DNA of 64,000 nucleotides from Pokkaliibacter sp. MBI-7 (GTDB lineage Bacteria; Pseudomonadota; Gammaproteobacteria; Pseudomonadales; Balneatricaceae): NCBI RefSeq assembly GCF_029846635.1, contig NZ_JARVTG010000002.1, positions 103,853 to 167,852 of the forward strand, read 5' to 3'. Shown piece by piece: positions 56,472 to 64,000 of this stretch (position 1 is its first letter; each line of letters starts with the position of its first letter). The notes under the pieces were generated by a model. It saw only the letters and a program-made list of their open reading frames with translations, ran no database searches and was not told where the DNA came from. The position numbers and the translations under genes were made by a program.

Positions 56472-57905
56472 TTAACGTCCGGCAGTGGTCACAAAGCGGG
56501 TATCGAGATACGACTCGATCGCTTCGCTGCCTCCTTCGGTGCCATAGCCTGAATCCTTCATGCCGCCGAAAGGTACTTCCGGCAAGGCGAAGCCGAGATG
56601 GTTAATGGTCAGCATGCCGCTTTCAATGTCATTCGTCAGTGCGGTAATGGTGGCGTGGGAGCGCGTGTAGGCATAGGCCGCCAGACCGTAGGGCAGACGG
56701 TTGGCCTCGGCCATCGCTTCATCGTAATGGGTGAACGGATTGATCAGCGCTACCGGGCCAAAGGGTTCGTCTGTCATGGCACGGGCGGTCATTGGTACGT
56801 CGCTCAGCACGGTGGGCTCGAAGAAGAATCCGGCTCCGTCAATACGCTTGCCACCGGTTCTGACGGTGGCTCCTTTCTCTACGGCGTCGTTAACAAAGCG
56901 CTCGATGGATTCCAGGCCACGCTTGTGTGCCATCGGGCCCATGGTGACGCCTTCGTCCAGACCATTACCTACTTTCAGCTTCTGTACTTCCGCAACAAAT
57001 TTCTCAATGAATTGCTCATAAACGTCTGCATGCACCAGAAAGCGGGTAGGGGAGATACACACCTGTCCGGAGTTACGGAATTTGGCACCAGCCAGATCGC
57101 GGGCTGCTGCATCCAGATCGGCATCGGCAAAGACCAGCACGGGGGCGTGGCCACCCAGCTCCATGGTAGCCTTTTTCATGTGCTGACCCGCCAGTGCTGC
57201 CAGATGCTTGCCTACTGGGGTAGAACCGGTAAAGGAGATCTTGCGAATCACCGGATGGGGGATCAGGTATTCGGAAATTTCTGCGGGTACGCCATACACC
57301 AGGTTGATTACACCCGCAGGGAGACCTGCATCAGCAAAGGCACGAATCAGTTCGGCAGGTGACGCGGGGGTATCTTCCGGGCCTTTGACAATAAACGAAC
57401 AACCTGCCGCCAGTGCTGCAGACAGCTTGCGTACCACCTGATTGATAGGGAAGTTCCAGGGGGTGAATGCGGCTACCGGGCCAACAGGCTTTTTGAAGGT
57501 CAGCTGCTGGACGTCAGGCTGACGCGAAGGAATCACCTGACCGTAAGTGCGGCGTGCTTCTTCGGCAAACCAGTCAATGGTATCAGCAGCACCCAGTACT
57601 TCGGCTTTGGATTGGGCCAGCGGTTTGCCCTGTTCCAGTGTCATCAGCTGGGCAATGTGATCAGCACGCTCGCGCAGCAGGTCCGCCGCTTTGCGCATGA
57701 TCTTGCTGCGCTGTACCGGCGAGCTGTCTTTCCAGCCATCGAAACCGCTTTGTGCAGCGGCCAGTGCCTTGTCCAGATCGGCTTTCTCGGCGTGAGCAAT
57801 ATGGCCGATCACTTCTTCAGTGGCAGGGTTGATGACCGCAATGGTCTTGCCGCTCTGGGCATCTTGCCATTCACCGTTGATAAACAGCTGTACGTTGGGA
57901 TACAT
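56472..57905 (-). CDS. NAD(P)-dependent aldehyde dehydrogenase (GabD / succinate-semialdehyde-dehydrogenase-like)
   Basis: FTPWNFP, GxGxxG region [11 protein letters not shown], catalytic ELGGHAP...GQVCISP (Glu/Cys). Confidence 0.85.
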   Translation of the reverse strand: MYPNVQLFINGEWQDAQSGKTIAVINPATEEVIGHIAHAEKADLDKALAAAQSGFDGWKDSSPVQRSKIMRKAADLLRERADHIAQLMTLEQGKPLAQSKAEVLGAADTIDWFAEEARRTYGQVIPSRQPDVQQLTFKKPVGPVAAFTPWNFPINQVVRKLSAALAAGCSFIVKGPEDTPASPAELIRAFADAGLPAGVINLVYGVPAEISEYLIPHPVIRKISFTGSTPVGKHLAALAGQHMKKATMELGGHAPVLVFADADLDAAARDLAGAKFRNSGQVCISPTRFLVHADVYEQFIEKFVAEVQKLKVGNGLDEGVTMGPMAHKRGLESIERFVNDAVEKGATVRTGGKRIDGAGFFFEPTVLSDVPMTARAMTDEPFGPVALINPFTHYDEAMAEANRLPYGLAAYAYTRSHATITALTNDIESGMLTINHLGFALPEVPFGGMKDSGYGTEGGSEAIESYLDTRFVTTAGR

Positions 57906-58205
57906 GTGTGGCTCCGTTAAGTAGTCCGATGTGACAAGTAGGCAAGATCTGCGCCTTGCTGGGTTCTAACATACGGGTTAAGCATGTCAAAGCCGGACAG
58001 TCGTTATGGGGGTAGCCACGTCTGATTCATAGAGGCAGCGGCGATGAATCAGACTGTTGCGATAACTGCGGTTAGTTCATAGATGAGACAGCGGACAGGT
58101 CCGGCCCTTGTACTGCATTGAATAAGGCTCATAAACAGAAAGAGTGTGTTGGATTTTGCTGTCCTGGCTTGACTCAGGTCGTCAGCTGGGTAGTATGGCT
58201 TTCAA

Positions 58206-58246
58206 ATTGCGTAATTAAATTTCTATATGCGTAATTTATTACGTGG
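58206..58246. promoter_or_regulatory. Two copies of a GCGTAAT-type IclR/HmgR-like operator motif (TTGCGTAATTAAATT and palindromic GCGTAATTTATTACG) in the aldDH/hppD divergent region
   Basis: The 15-mer TTGCGTAATTAAATT is identical to the one in the hmgR-hmgA intergenic palindrome. Confidence 0.5.
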
Positions 58247-58559
58247 CCGACATGGCTGCCAATCATCAAACAGTGCTATCAGGTATCAAGACTATGCAGC
58301 ACTACGGATTCCAGCTTCTGATCGGTGACTACCTTGCCCGCAGTGTGCGTGGCATTGTCTGTGCGCCTCCCTCTTTCTGCTCCTGACACCGGGCGTACCG
58401 CGGCCCTTTCCGGGGGCGCTGTTTATGAGCATTCAACCGGTGTCTTTATCCTCCAGGCAACCGATGCAGCCGTGATGCATCTTCGCACTGCCAGCTTCAG
58501 CGCATACTGATGCAAATCTGCGAGCAGTGCTTCCATACAAGAATAACGAGGAACAGAAC

Positions 58560-59642
58560 ATGTCTGATTTATTTGAAAACCCCATGGGGCTGATGGGTTT
58601 CGAGTTTATTGAGCTGGCTTCGCCCACGCCCGGCGTGCTTGAGCCTGTGCTGGCCATGATGGGTTTTACTAAGGTAGCGGTGCATCGCTCCAAAGCGGTG
58701 GAGCTTTATCGCCAGGGTGATATCAATCTGGTCGTCAACAGTGAGCCTAAGAGCAACGCCGCTTACTTTGCCTCAGAACATGGCCCATCGGTCTGCGGTA
58801 TGGCTTTCCGGGTGCGGGACTCCCATCACGCCTATGCCAAAGCGCTGGAACTGGGCGCGCAGCCAGTGGAGGTACCGACCGGCCCCATGGAACTGCGTCT
58901 GCCTGCAATCAAGGGCATCGGTGGCGCTCCTCTGTACCTGATTGACCGATTCGGTGATGGTTCATCCATCTACGATATCGATTTCAACTATATCGAGGGT
59001 GTGGACCGTCATCCGCAAGGTGCGGGTCTGAAACTGATCGATCACCTTACTCACAACGTCTACCGTGGTCGTATGGCCTACTGGGCCGGGTTCTACGAGA
59101 AGCTGTTCAACTTCCGTGAGATTCGCTATTTCGATATCAAAGGCGAATACACCGGCCTTACCTCGAAGGCGATGACGGCACCCGATGGCATGATTCGTAT
59201 TCCACTTAACGAGGAGTCATCCAGAGGTGCGGGGCAGATTGAAGAGTTCCTGATGCAGTTCAACGGTGAAGGTATCCAGCATGTGGCTTTCCTTACCGAC
59301 AACCTGCTGCACACCTGGGACAAACTGAAAGACCTGGGTATGCGGTTTATGACGCCTCCACCCAATACCTACTATGAGATGCTGGAAGAGCGCCTGCCGG
59401 GTCACGGTGAGCCAACCGATGAGCTGAAGGCCCGAGGTATTTTGCTGGATGGCTCATCTGAGCCGGGTGATCGCCGATTGCTGCTGCAGATATTCTCAGA
59501 AACCCTGCTGGGGCCGGTTTTCTTCGAGTTTATCGAGCGCAAGGGTGACAGTGGCTTCGGCGAAGGTAACTTCAAGGCGCTGTTTGAATCGATTGAGCGT
59601 GATCAGATTCGCCGTGGTGTGTTGGATGCAGAGTCAGCCTGA
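58560..59642 (+). CDS. hppD: 4-hydroxyphenylpyruvate dioxygenase
   Basis: [22 protein letters not shown]...GIQHVAF...FFEFIER. RBS GAGGAA. Confidence 0.9.
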   Translation: MSDLFENPMGLMGFEFIELASPTPGVLEPVLAMMGFTKVAVHRSKAVELYRQGDINLVVNSEPKSNAAYFASEHGPSVCGMAFRVRDSHHAYAKALELGAQPVEVPTGPMELRLPAIKGIGGAPLYLIDRFGDGSSIYDIDFNYIEGVDRHPQGAGLKLIDHLTHNVYRGRMAYWAGFYEKLFNFREIRYFDIKGEYTGLTSKAMTAPDGMIRIPLNEESSRGAGQIEEFLMQFNGEGIQHVAFLTDNLLHTWDKLKDLGMRFMTPPPNTYYEMLEERLPGHGEPTDELKARGILLDGSSEPGDRRLLLQIFSETLLGPVFFEFIERKGDSGFGEGNFKALFESIERDQIRRGVLDAESA

Positions 59643-59657
59643 TCGCCGATGACGTAA

Positions 59658-59684
59658 AGTGCCGCCAGGATCTATGGCGGCACT
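59658..59684 (+). terminator. 9-bp stem hairpin (AGTGCCGCC-aggatctat-GGCGGCACT) between the convergent hppD and the IclR-type regulator. Probable bidirectional terminator
   Basis: GC-rich perfect inverted repeat 16 nt after the hppD stop. Confidence 0.5.
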
Positions 59685-59715
59685 TCAGACCGTGAAGACG
59701 CTGTTTGAAACGCTA

Positions 59716-60564
59716 TCAGCCCGTGATACGCAAACCGCCCATACGCTGACTTATCTCCCGGGCACTGGCAGTGATGGCCTGTGCAGCGGCGCCTGCGGGA
59801 TCAGCATTGAAGCCTGTAGCCGAGCCCACCATGGTAATCACCCCACACAACTCGCCACCTGCCTTGAACAGAGGGGCAGACAGGGCATTCACTCCCGGTA
59901 GTAACAGCCCATGAATAGCATGCAGACCTTGTGCGCGGATGGCGGCTGCCTGCTGCTCCAGATCGGCCGCAGGTAAATGAGGATAGGCAGAGACTTCCTC
60001 GTCCCGCAGCGCGCGGGTTTCTCTTTCTGGCATGAAGGCCTGAAAGACCAGACCAGTAGATGATGTGAGTAGCGGCAATACAGAGCCTACCTGAGTGACC
60101 AGCGTTACAGCACGTACTGCTTGCTCTACATGCACCACTGTCGGGCCTTTATTACCCCAGACGGCCAGAAAGCAGGTTTCATTGAGCGCATCACGCAAGG
60201 CAGCCAGTTGTGGTGTGGCGACCTTGACCACGTCCAGTCTGCCCAGGGCTGCAAGTCCGACAAAGAGTGCTTCACGACCCAGAGCGTAATGGTTAGTCGT
60301 GCTGTCCTGCTCGGCAAAACCGCTGGCAATCAGGGCCTGCAGATAGCGATGTACCTTGCTGGCGGGCATGGCCAGATGTTCTGCAAGACGGGTAAGGGAA
60401 GTGGCTGGGGCCAGTTCGGCCAGACCTTTGAGAATGTCAGTACCGACTTCAGCGGATTGCACTTTCTTGCGCCGTGGCGCGTTGTCTTCGCTGGAAAATT
60501 CCTGCAGAGACAGATCATCGTCTTGCCGGGTTGATGTATTGCTGCTGCGTGTTGCTCTGGCCAT
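59716..60564 (-). CDS. IclR-family transcriptional regulator (probable homogentisate-pathway repressor, HmgR-like)
   Basis: HTH region GTDILKGLAELAPATSLTRLAEHLAMPASKVHRYLQALIASGF, followed by an IclR effector domain. Divergent from hmgA. Confidence 0.8.
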   Translation of the reverse strand: MARATRSSNTSTRQDDDLSLQEFSSEDNAPRRKKVQSAEVGTDILKGLAELAPATSLTRLAEHLAMPASKVHRYLQALIASGFAEQDSTTNHYALGREALFVGLAALGRLDVVKVATPQLAALRDALNETCFLAVWGNKGPTVVHVEQAVRAVTLVTQVGSVLPLLTSSTGLVFQAFMPERETRALRDEEVSAYPHLPAADLEQQAAAIRAQGLHAIHGLLLPGVNALSAPLFKAGGELCGVITMVGSATGFNADPAGAAAQAITASAREISQRMGGLRITG

Positions 60565-60759
60565 GTGTACTCATCGGTCGGTGGGGAATCTGTTGCAAGA
60601 TTCGGCTAAAAACCTGCTGCTGGGCACCTTACGTCAACCTCCCGGTGCGGCTGACGAGGGCTTGTGCTCCGTCTGGCCATCACTGGCAGAGGGTTAACAG
60701 GTTTTTAACCATGAATCGTTTGCTGTTATAGCTTGACGCTGTTGAATATTCAAATTACC

Positions 60760-60784
60760 TTTTGCGTAATTAAATTACGCAAAA
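60760..60784. promoter_or_regulatory. 25-bp near-perfect palindrome TTTTGCGTAATTAAATTACGCAAAA. Candidate HmgR/IclR operator in the regulator/hmgA divergent region
   Basis: Arms of 11 bp with a single central mismatch. Also an adjacent 10-bp palindrome TGAATATTCA (60743-60752). Confidence 0.65.
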
Positions 60785-60888
60785 GTGAAATGCGTTATTG
60801 GCACTGCGGTCAGTAGCCTGCCGATTCAGGCGTTACTGACCGTGCCACCGAACCAGACGATGACTGAACATCAATAAGGAGACGGGTT

Positions 60889-62172
60889 ATGCACGGTGCA
60901 GAGCGTCACTATCAATCGGGTTGGGGTAACGAGTTCAGCAGTGAAGCACTGCCCGGTGCCTTGCCTCAGGGGCAGAACTCGCCACAGAAAGTACCTTATG
61001 GTCTGTATGCGGAACTGCTGTCAGGTACGGCTTTCACTGTGCCGCGTGCGGAGGCCCGTCGTACCTGGCTTTATCGTATTCGTCCGTCGGCAGCACATCC
61101 GCGTTTCTGCAGACTGGAACGTCAGCTGAATGGTGCTGAACTGGGTGCTGTTACACCGAATCGTCTGCGCTGGAATCCTTTGCCCTTACCACAGGGCAAG
61201 ACAGACTTTATCGATGGTATGCAGCGTATTGCGGCCACTGCCAGTGCCGATCAGGCCGCGGGGATCAGCATCTATCGCTATGCGGCTAACGTTTCGATGG
61301 AGCGGGTGTTCTTCAATGCCGATGGTGAGCTGCTGATTGTCCCTGAGTCTGGTCGCCTGAGTCTGGCAACCGAAATGGGTGTGCTGGATATAGCACCGCT
61401 GGAAATTGCAGTGATCCCACGTGGAGTGAAGTTTCGGGTTAGCCTGCTGGATGACAACGCGCGTGGGTATATCTGTGAAAATCATGGTGTTGCATTGCGC
61501 CTGCCGGACCTTGGGCCAATTGGCAGTAACGGTCTGGCCAATCCCCGCGACTTCCTGACGCCGGTAGCGGCTTTTGAGGATCGCTCCGAGCCCACCGAAC
61601 TGGTGCAGAAATTCCTGGGTGAGTTGTGGGCAGCAGAGCTTGATCATTCACCGCTGGATGTCGTGGCCTGGCACGGGAATAACGTGCCCTACAAGTATGA
61701 CCTGCGTCGTTTCAATACCATCGGCACGGTCAGTTATGACCACCCCGATCCATCGATCTTTACTGTGCTGACGTCGCCCAGCGGGATACCCGGTCAGGCC
61801 AATGTCGACTTTGTTATTTTCCCACCGCGCTGGATGGTAGCGGAGAACACCTTCCGTCCCCCATGGTTCCATCGCAACCTGATGAACGAGTTCATGGGGC
61901 TGATTCAGGGCGCGTATGATGCCAAGGCGGAAGGTTTCCTGCCCGGTGGCGCATCACTGCACAACTGCATGAGTGCGCATGGACCTGACAATGCCACAAC
62001 CGCACAGGCCATAGCCGCCGAACTGAAACCCCACAAGATTGATAGCACTATGGCCTTTATGTTCGAGAGCTGCGTGGTATTGCGTCCTACACAGCAGGCT
62101 CTGGACGGGGAGGATCTGCAGACAGACTACGATAGTTGCTGGGCAGGCATGAGTAAAACGTTTACGGGCTGA
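60889..62172 (+). CDS. hmgA: Homogentisate 1,2-dioxygenase
   Basis: [42 protein letters not shown]... matches the canonical HmgA N-terminus. RBS AGGAGA. Confidence 0.92.
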   Translation: MHGAERHYQSGWGNEFSSEALPGALPQGQNSPQKVPYGLYAELLSGTAFTVPRAEARRTWLYRIRPSAAHPRFCRLERQLNGAELGAVTPNRLRWNPLPLPQGKTDFIDGMQRIAATASADQAAGISIYRYAANVSMERVFFNADGELLIVPESGRLSLATEMGVLDIAPLEIAVIPRGVKFRVSLLDDNARGYICENHGVALRLPDLGPIGSNGLANPRDFLTPVAAFEDRSEPTELVQKFLGELWAAELDHSPLDVVAWHGNNVPYKYDLRRFNTIGTVSYDHPDPSIFTVLTSPSGIPGQANVDFVIFPPRWMVAENTFRPPWFHRNLMNEFMGLIQGAYDAKAEGFLPGGASLHNCMSAHGPDNATTAQAIAAELKPHKIDSTMAFMFESCVVLRPTQQALDGEDLQTDYDSCWAGMSKTFTG

Positions 62173-62267
62173 GCAGCCGTCAACTGGCCAGGTAGTGCGG
62201 TCTTTCAAAGCATAAAGCGAGGGCGGGCAGGTAAGGCGCTTTCCCTCCGACAACAAGAGGAATTCTC

Positions 62268-63596
62268 ATGACACAGAGTCTAACGTCGCATCAGCCGGTA
62301 CGAAGCTGGTTAAGCAGTGCTAATGATCACCCCGATTTTCCCCTTTTGAACCTGCCGCTTGGCGTGTTTCGCGTCGCCGGAGAGTCTCCACGTGGTGGCG
62401 TGGCTATCGGTGACAGTGTCCTCGATCTGCGCGCGGCGCTGGATGCCGGATTATTTGTTGAAGTGGAGCAAGGGCAGGCTGCTGAGGCTGCCGCATTGGC
62501 AGCAGACAGTCAGCTGAACGCATTCTTTGCACTCGGAAAGCATGCGCGCGTACAGTTTCGGCAGGCGCTGGTGACATTGTTGCAGGAGGGTAGTGACTAT
62601 CAGGCCCGGATGGAGTCTTTGGGTGACGCGTTGCTGCATCCGATGAGCCTCTGCGAGATGCTGCTGCCAGCGCGCATCGGTGATTACACTGACTTTTATG
62701 TCGGCATTAACCACGCGATGAATGTCGGCAAGCTCTTTCGTCCTGATAATCCTCTGCTGCCCAACTATAAGCATGTCCCTATTGGTTATCACGGACGCGC
62801 CTCGACCATTGGTGTATCGGGGGCTGCATTCCACCGTCCCAACGGGCAAACCCTGCCGGCCGGGCAAACTGTACCGGTATTTGGCCCCAGCAAAAGACTG
62901 GATTTCGAGCTGGAACTGGGTATCTGGATTGGCAGCGGTAATCAAGCCGGTCAGGCCATCCCTATCAGTGAGGCCGCTGATCATATCGGCGGCTTCTGTC
63001 TGCTGAATGACTGGTCAGCACGAGATGTGCAGGCCTGGGAATATCAACCTCTGGGGCCTTTCCTGTCGAAGAGTTTTGCTACCACGGTATCGCCCTGGAT
63101 TATCAGCCCTGAAGCTCTTGCACCTTTCCGTAAGGCTCAGCCGAGCCGGCCAGAGGGAGATCCTCAGCCGCTTGATTACCTGCTTGATCACAAGGATCAG
63201 GCTGAAGGCGCCTATGACATTGAACTGGAAGTATTGCTGCTGACGGAAAAAATGGCAGCGGACGGCATGGAACCAGAAGTCATTTGCCGCAGTAATACTC
63301 TGAATATGTACTGGACGGTGGCGCAGATGGTCGCTCATCACAGTGTGAACGGCTGCCAGTTGCAGTCCGGTGATCTGTTTGGATCAGGGACGCTGTCTGG
63401 AAAAGAAGAGGGAGAGTTCGGATCATTACTGGAGCTGACCCACGGCGGCAAGGATGCCCTCCAGCTGGTAAATGGCGAGCGTCGTACTTTCCTCGAGGAT
63501 GGCGATGTTATTGTCCTGCGTGCCCGTTGTCATGCTGAAGGCGTGGGGTCTATTGGTTTTGGCGAGTGTCGGGGGAAAGTACTGCCTGCTCTCTGA
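62268..63596 (+). CDS. fahA: Fumarylacetoacetase (fumarylacetoacetate hydrolase, eukaryotic-type FAH)
   Basis: FPLLNLPLGVFR...FYVGINHAMNVGKLFRPDNPLLPNYKHVPIGYHGRASTI...LELELGIWIG. RBS AGAGGAA. Confidence 0.9.
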   Translation: MTQSLTSHQPVRSWLSSANDHPDFPLLNLPLGVFRVAGESPRGGVAIGDSVLDLRAALDAGLFVEVEQGQAAEAAALAADSQLNAFFALGKHARVQFRQALVTLLQEGSDYQARMESLGDALLHPMSLCEMLLPARIGDYTDFYVGINHAMNVGKLFRPDNPLLPNYKHVPIGYHGRASTIGVSGAAFHRPNGQTLPAGQTVPVFGPSKRLDFELELGIWIGSGNQAGQAIPISEAADHIGGFCLLNDWSARDVQAWEYQPLGPFLSKSFATTVSPWIISPEALAPFRKAQPSRPEGDPQPLDYLLDHKDQAEGAYDIELEVLLLTEKMAADGMEPEVICRSNTLNMYWTVAQMVAHHSVNGCQLQSGDLFGSGTLSGKEEGEFGSLLELTHGGKDALQLVNGERRTFLEDGDVIVLRARCHAEGVGSIGFGECRGKVLPAL

Positions 63597-63763
63597 GTTA
63601 CAGTCGGCTTATTTCAGGTGTGTCGGAGAAGGGGGCGGATTTTGTTTCTGCCAGAGAAGCAAATGTGCACAAAATGTGTGAAATCTTTCCTCTGTCTCTA
63701 CCACTTAACAAAGGCTTGAGGTTCAGCAGTGGTGTTATGCCCTGAAGAGCCCGGGCTGTTGGA

Positions 63764-63794
63764 GGATGCCATCTGACGAGGTCGGATGGCATCC
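63764..63794 (+). terminator. 10-bp stem hairpin (GGATGCCATC-11 nt loop-GATGGCATCC) between fahA and the carbonic anhydrase gene
   Basis: Perfect inverted repeat. No U-tract. Confidence 0.4.
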
Positions 63795-63826
63795 CACCTG
63801 TTAAGTCGTAAGAAGAGAGACACACA

Positions 63827-64000
63827 TGAAGTCGTCCATATTGGCTGTCAGCCTGATGTTACTGCCGTTATCTACGTTGGCTGCCGAAGGCAACAACTGG
63901 GGTTATAGCGGAGATATAGGTCCGGAAAGCTGGGCAGAGCTGAGCACAGACAACGTATTCTGCAAAGGTAAGAACCAATCACCGGTCAATCTGACCGGGT
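63827..64000 (+). CDS. Alpha-carbonic anhydrase, 3'-partial (periplasmic)
   Basis: Signal peptide MKSSILAVSLMLLPLSTLAA, then NWGYSGDIGPESWAELSTDNVFCKGKNQSPVNL, the canonical alpha-CA N-terminal signature. The ORF runs off the window end. Confidence 0.8.

Noticed and set aside
56598-57362. 254-aa plus-strand ORF
   Set aside because: Antisense to the aldehyde dehydrogenase gene, which has the Glu/Cys catalytic motifs.
1-64000. Mobile elements, integrases, CRISPR arrays, tRNA/rRNA genes
   Set aside because: No transposase or integrase-like ORFs were found. No terminal inverted repeats flank any block. No regularly spaced direct repeats of 24-48 bp were seen. No tRNA-like T-loop or anticodon stem patterns were noticed in the intergenic regions. 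None called.

Overview
High-GC (about 60%) bacterial chromosomal segment, gammaproteobacterial in style, gene-dense, with no rRNA, tRNA, CRISPR or IS elements recognised. Positions 1-19.3 kb hold part of a hybrid NRPS-PKS cluster: a 5'-truncated 3450-aa megasynthase with layout ...A-T | KS-DH-KR-T-T (AT-less) | C-A-T-C, a termination NRPS (A domain interrupted by a methyltransferase, then T-TE), an Sfp-type PPTase with a TTG start, two fused cyclic-peptide-type ABC exporters and a type II thioesterase. Many genes in this cluster share start/stop overlaps. Only 75 nt downstream and co-directional sits a class I (CesT-like) type III secretion chaperone followed by an NleD-like (M91, BoNT-light-chain-like HExxH) zinc metalloprotease effector candidate. 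The middle of the window, 21-40 kb, looks accessory. It holds a DAPAL-family PLP enzyme, a TAXI TRAP binding protein, and a minus-strand operon encoding a TM-periplasmic-TM membrane protein, a paralogous sensor module fused to an MFS transporter, and an orphan ABC-type (COG2984) periplasmic binding protein plus a GNAT. That block is flanked by inverted DUF697-like paralogs. Further on are an SPFH protein, YaeQ, helicase IV (HelD) with a Vsr/DUF559-like insertion, tandem acyltransferase-3 paralogs, and an orphan UmuD-like S24 peptidase with two LexA boxes. From 40 kb to 64 kb: DUF1479, a LacI regulator with palindromic operators, a GtsABC-like sugar ABC importer lacking an ATPase gene, two Gfo/Idh/MocA oxidoreductases, a pilin-like orphan, glycerate kinase, a patatin, an MFS sugar porter, two GNATs, a family-3 binding protein, an aldehyde dehydrogenase, and the tyrosine-catabolism set hppD / IclR-type regulator / hmgA / fahA with a shared GCGTAAT-type palindromic operator. 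The window ends in a partial alpha-carbonic anhydrase. All calls rest on reading motifs in the translated ORFs and the nucleotide sequence. No database searches were run.
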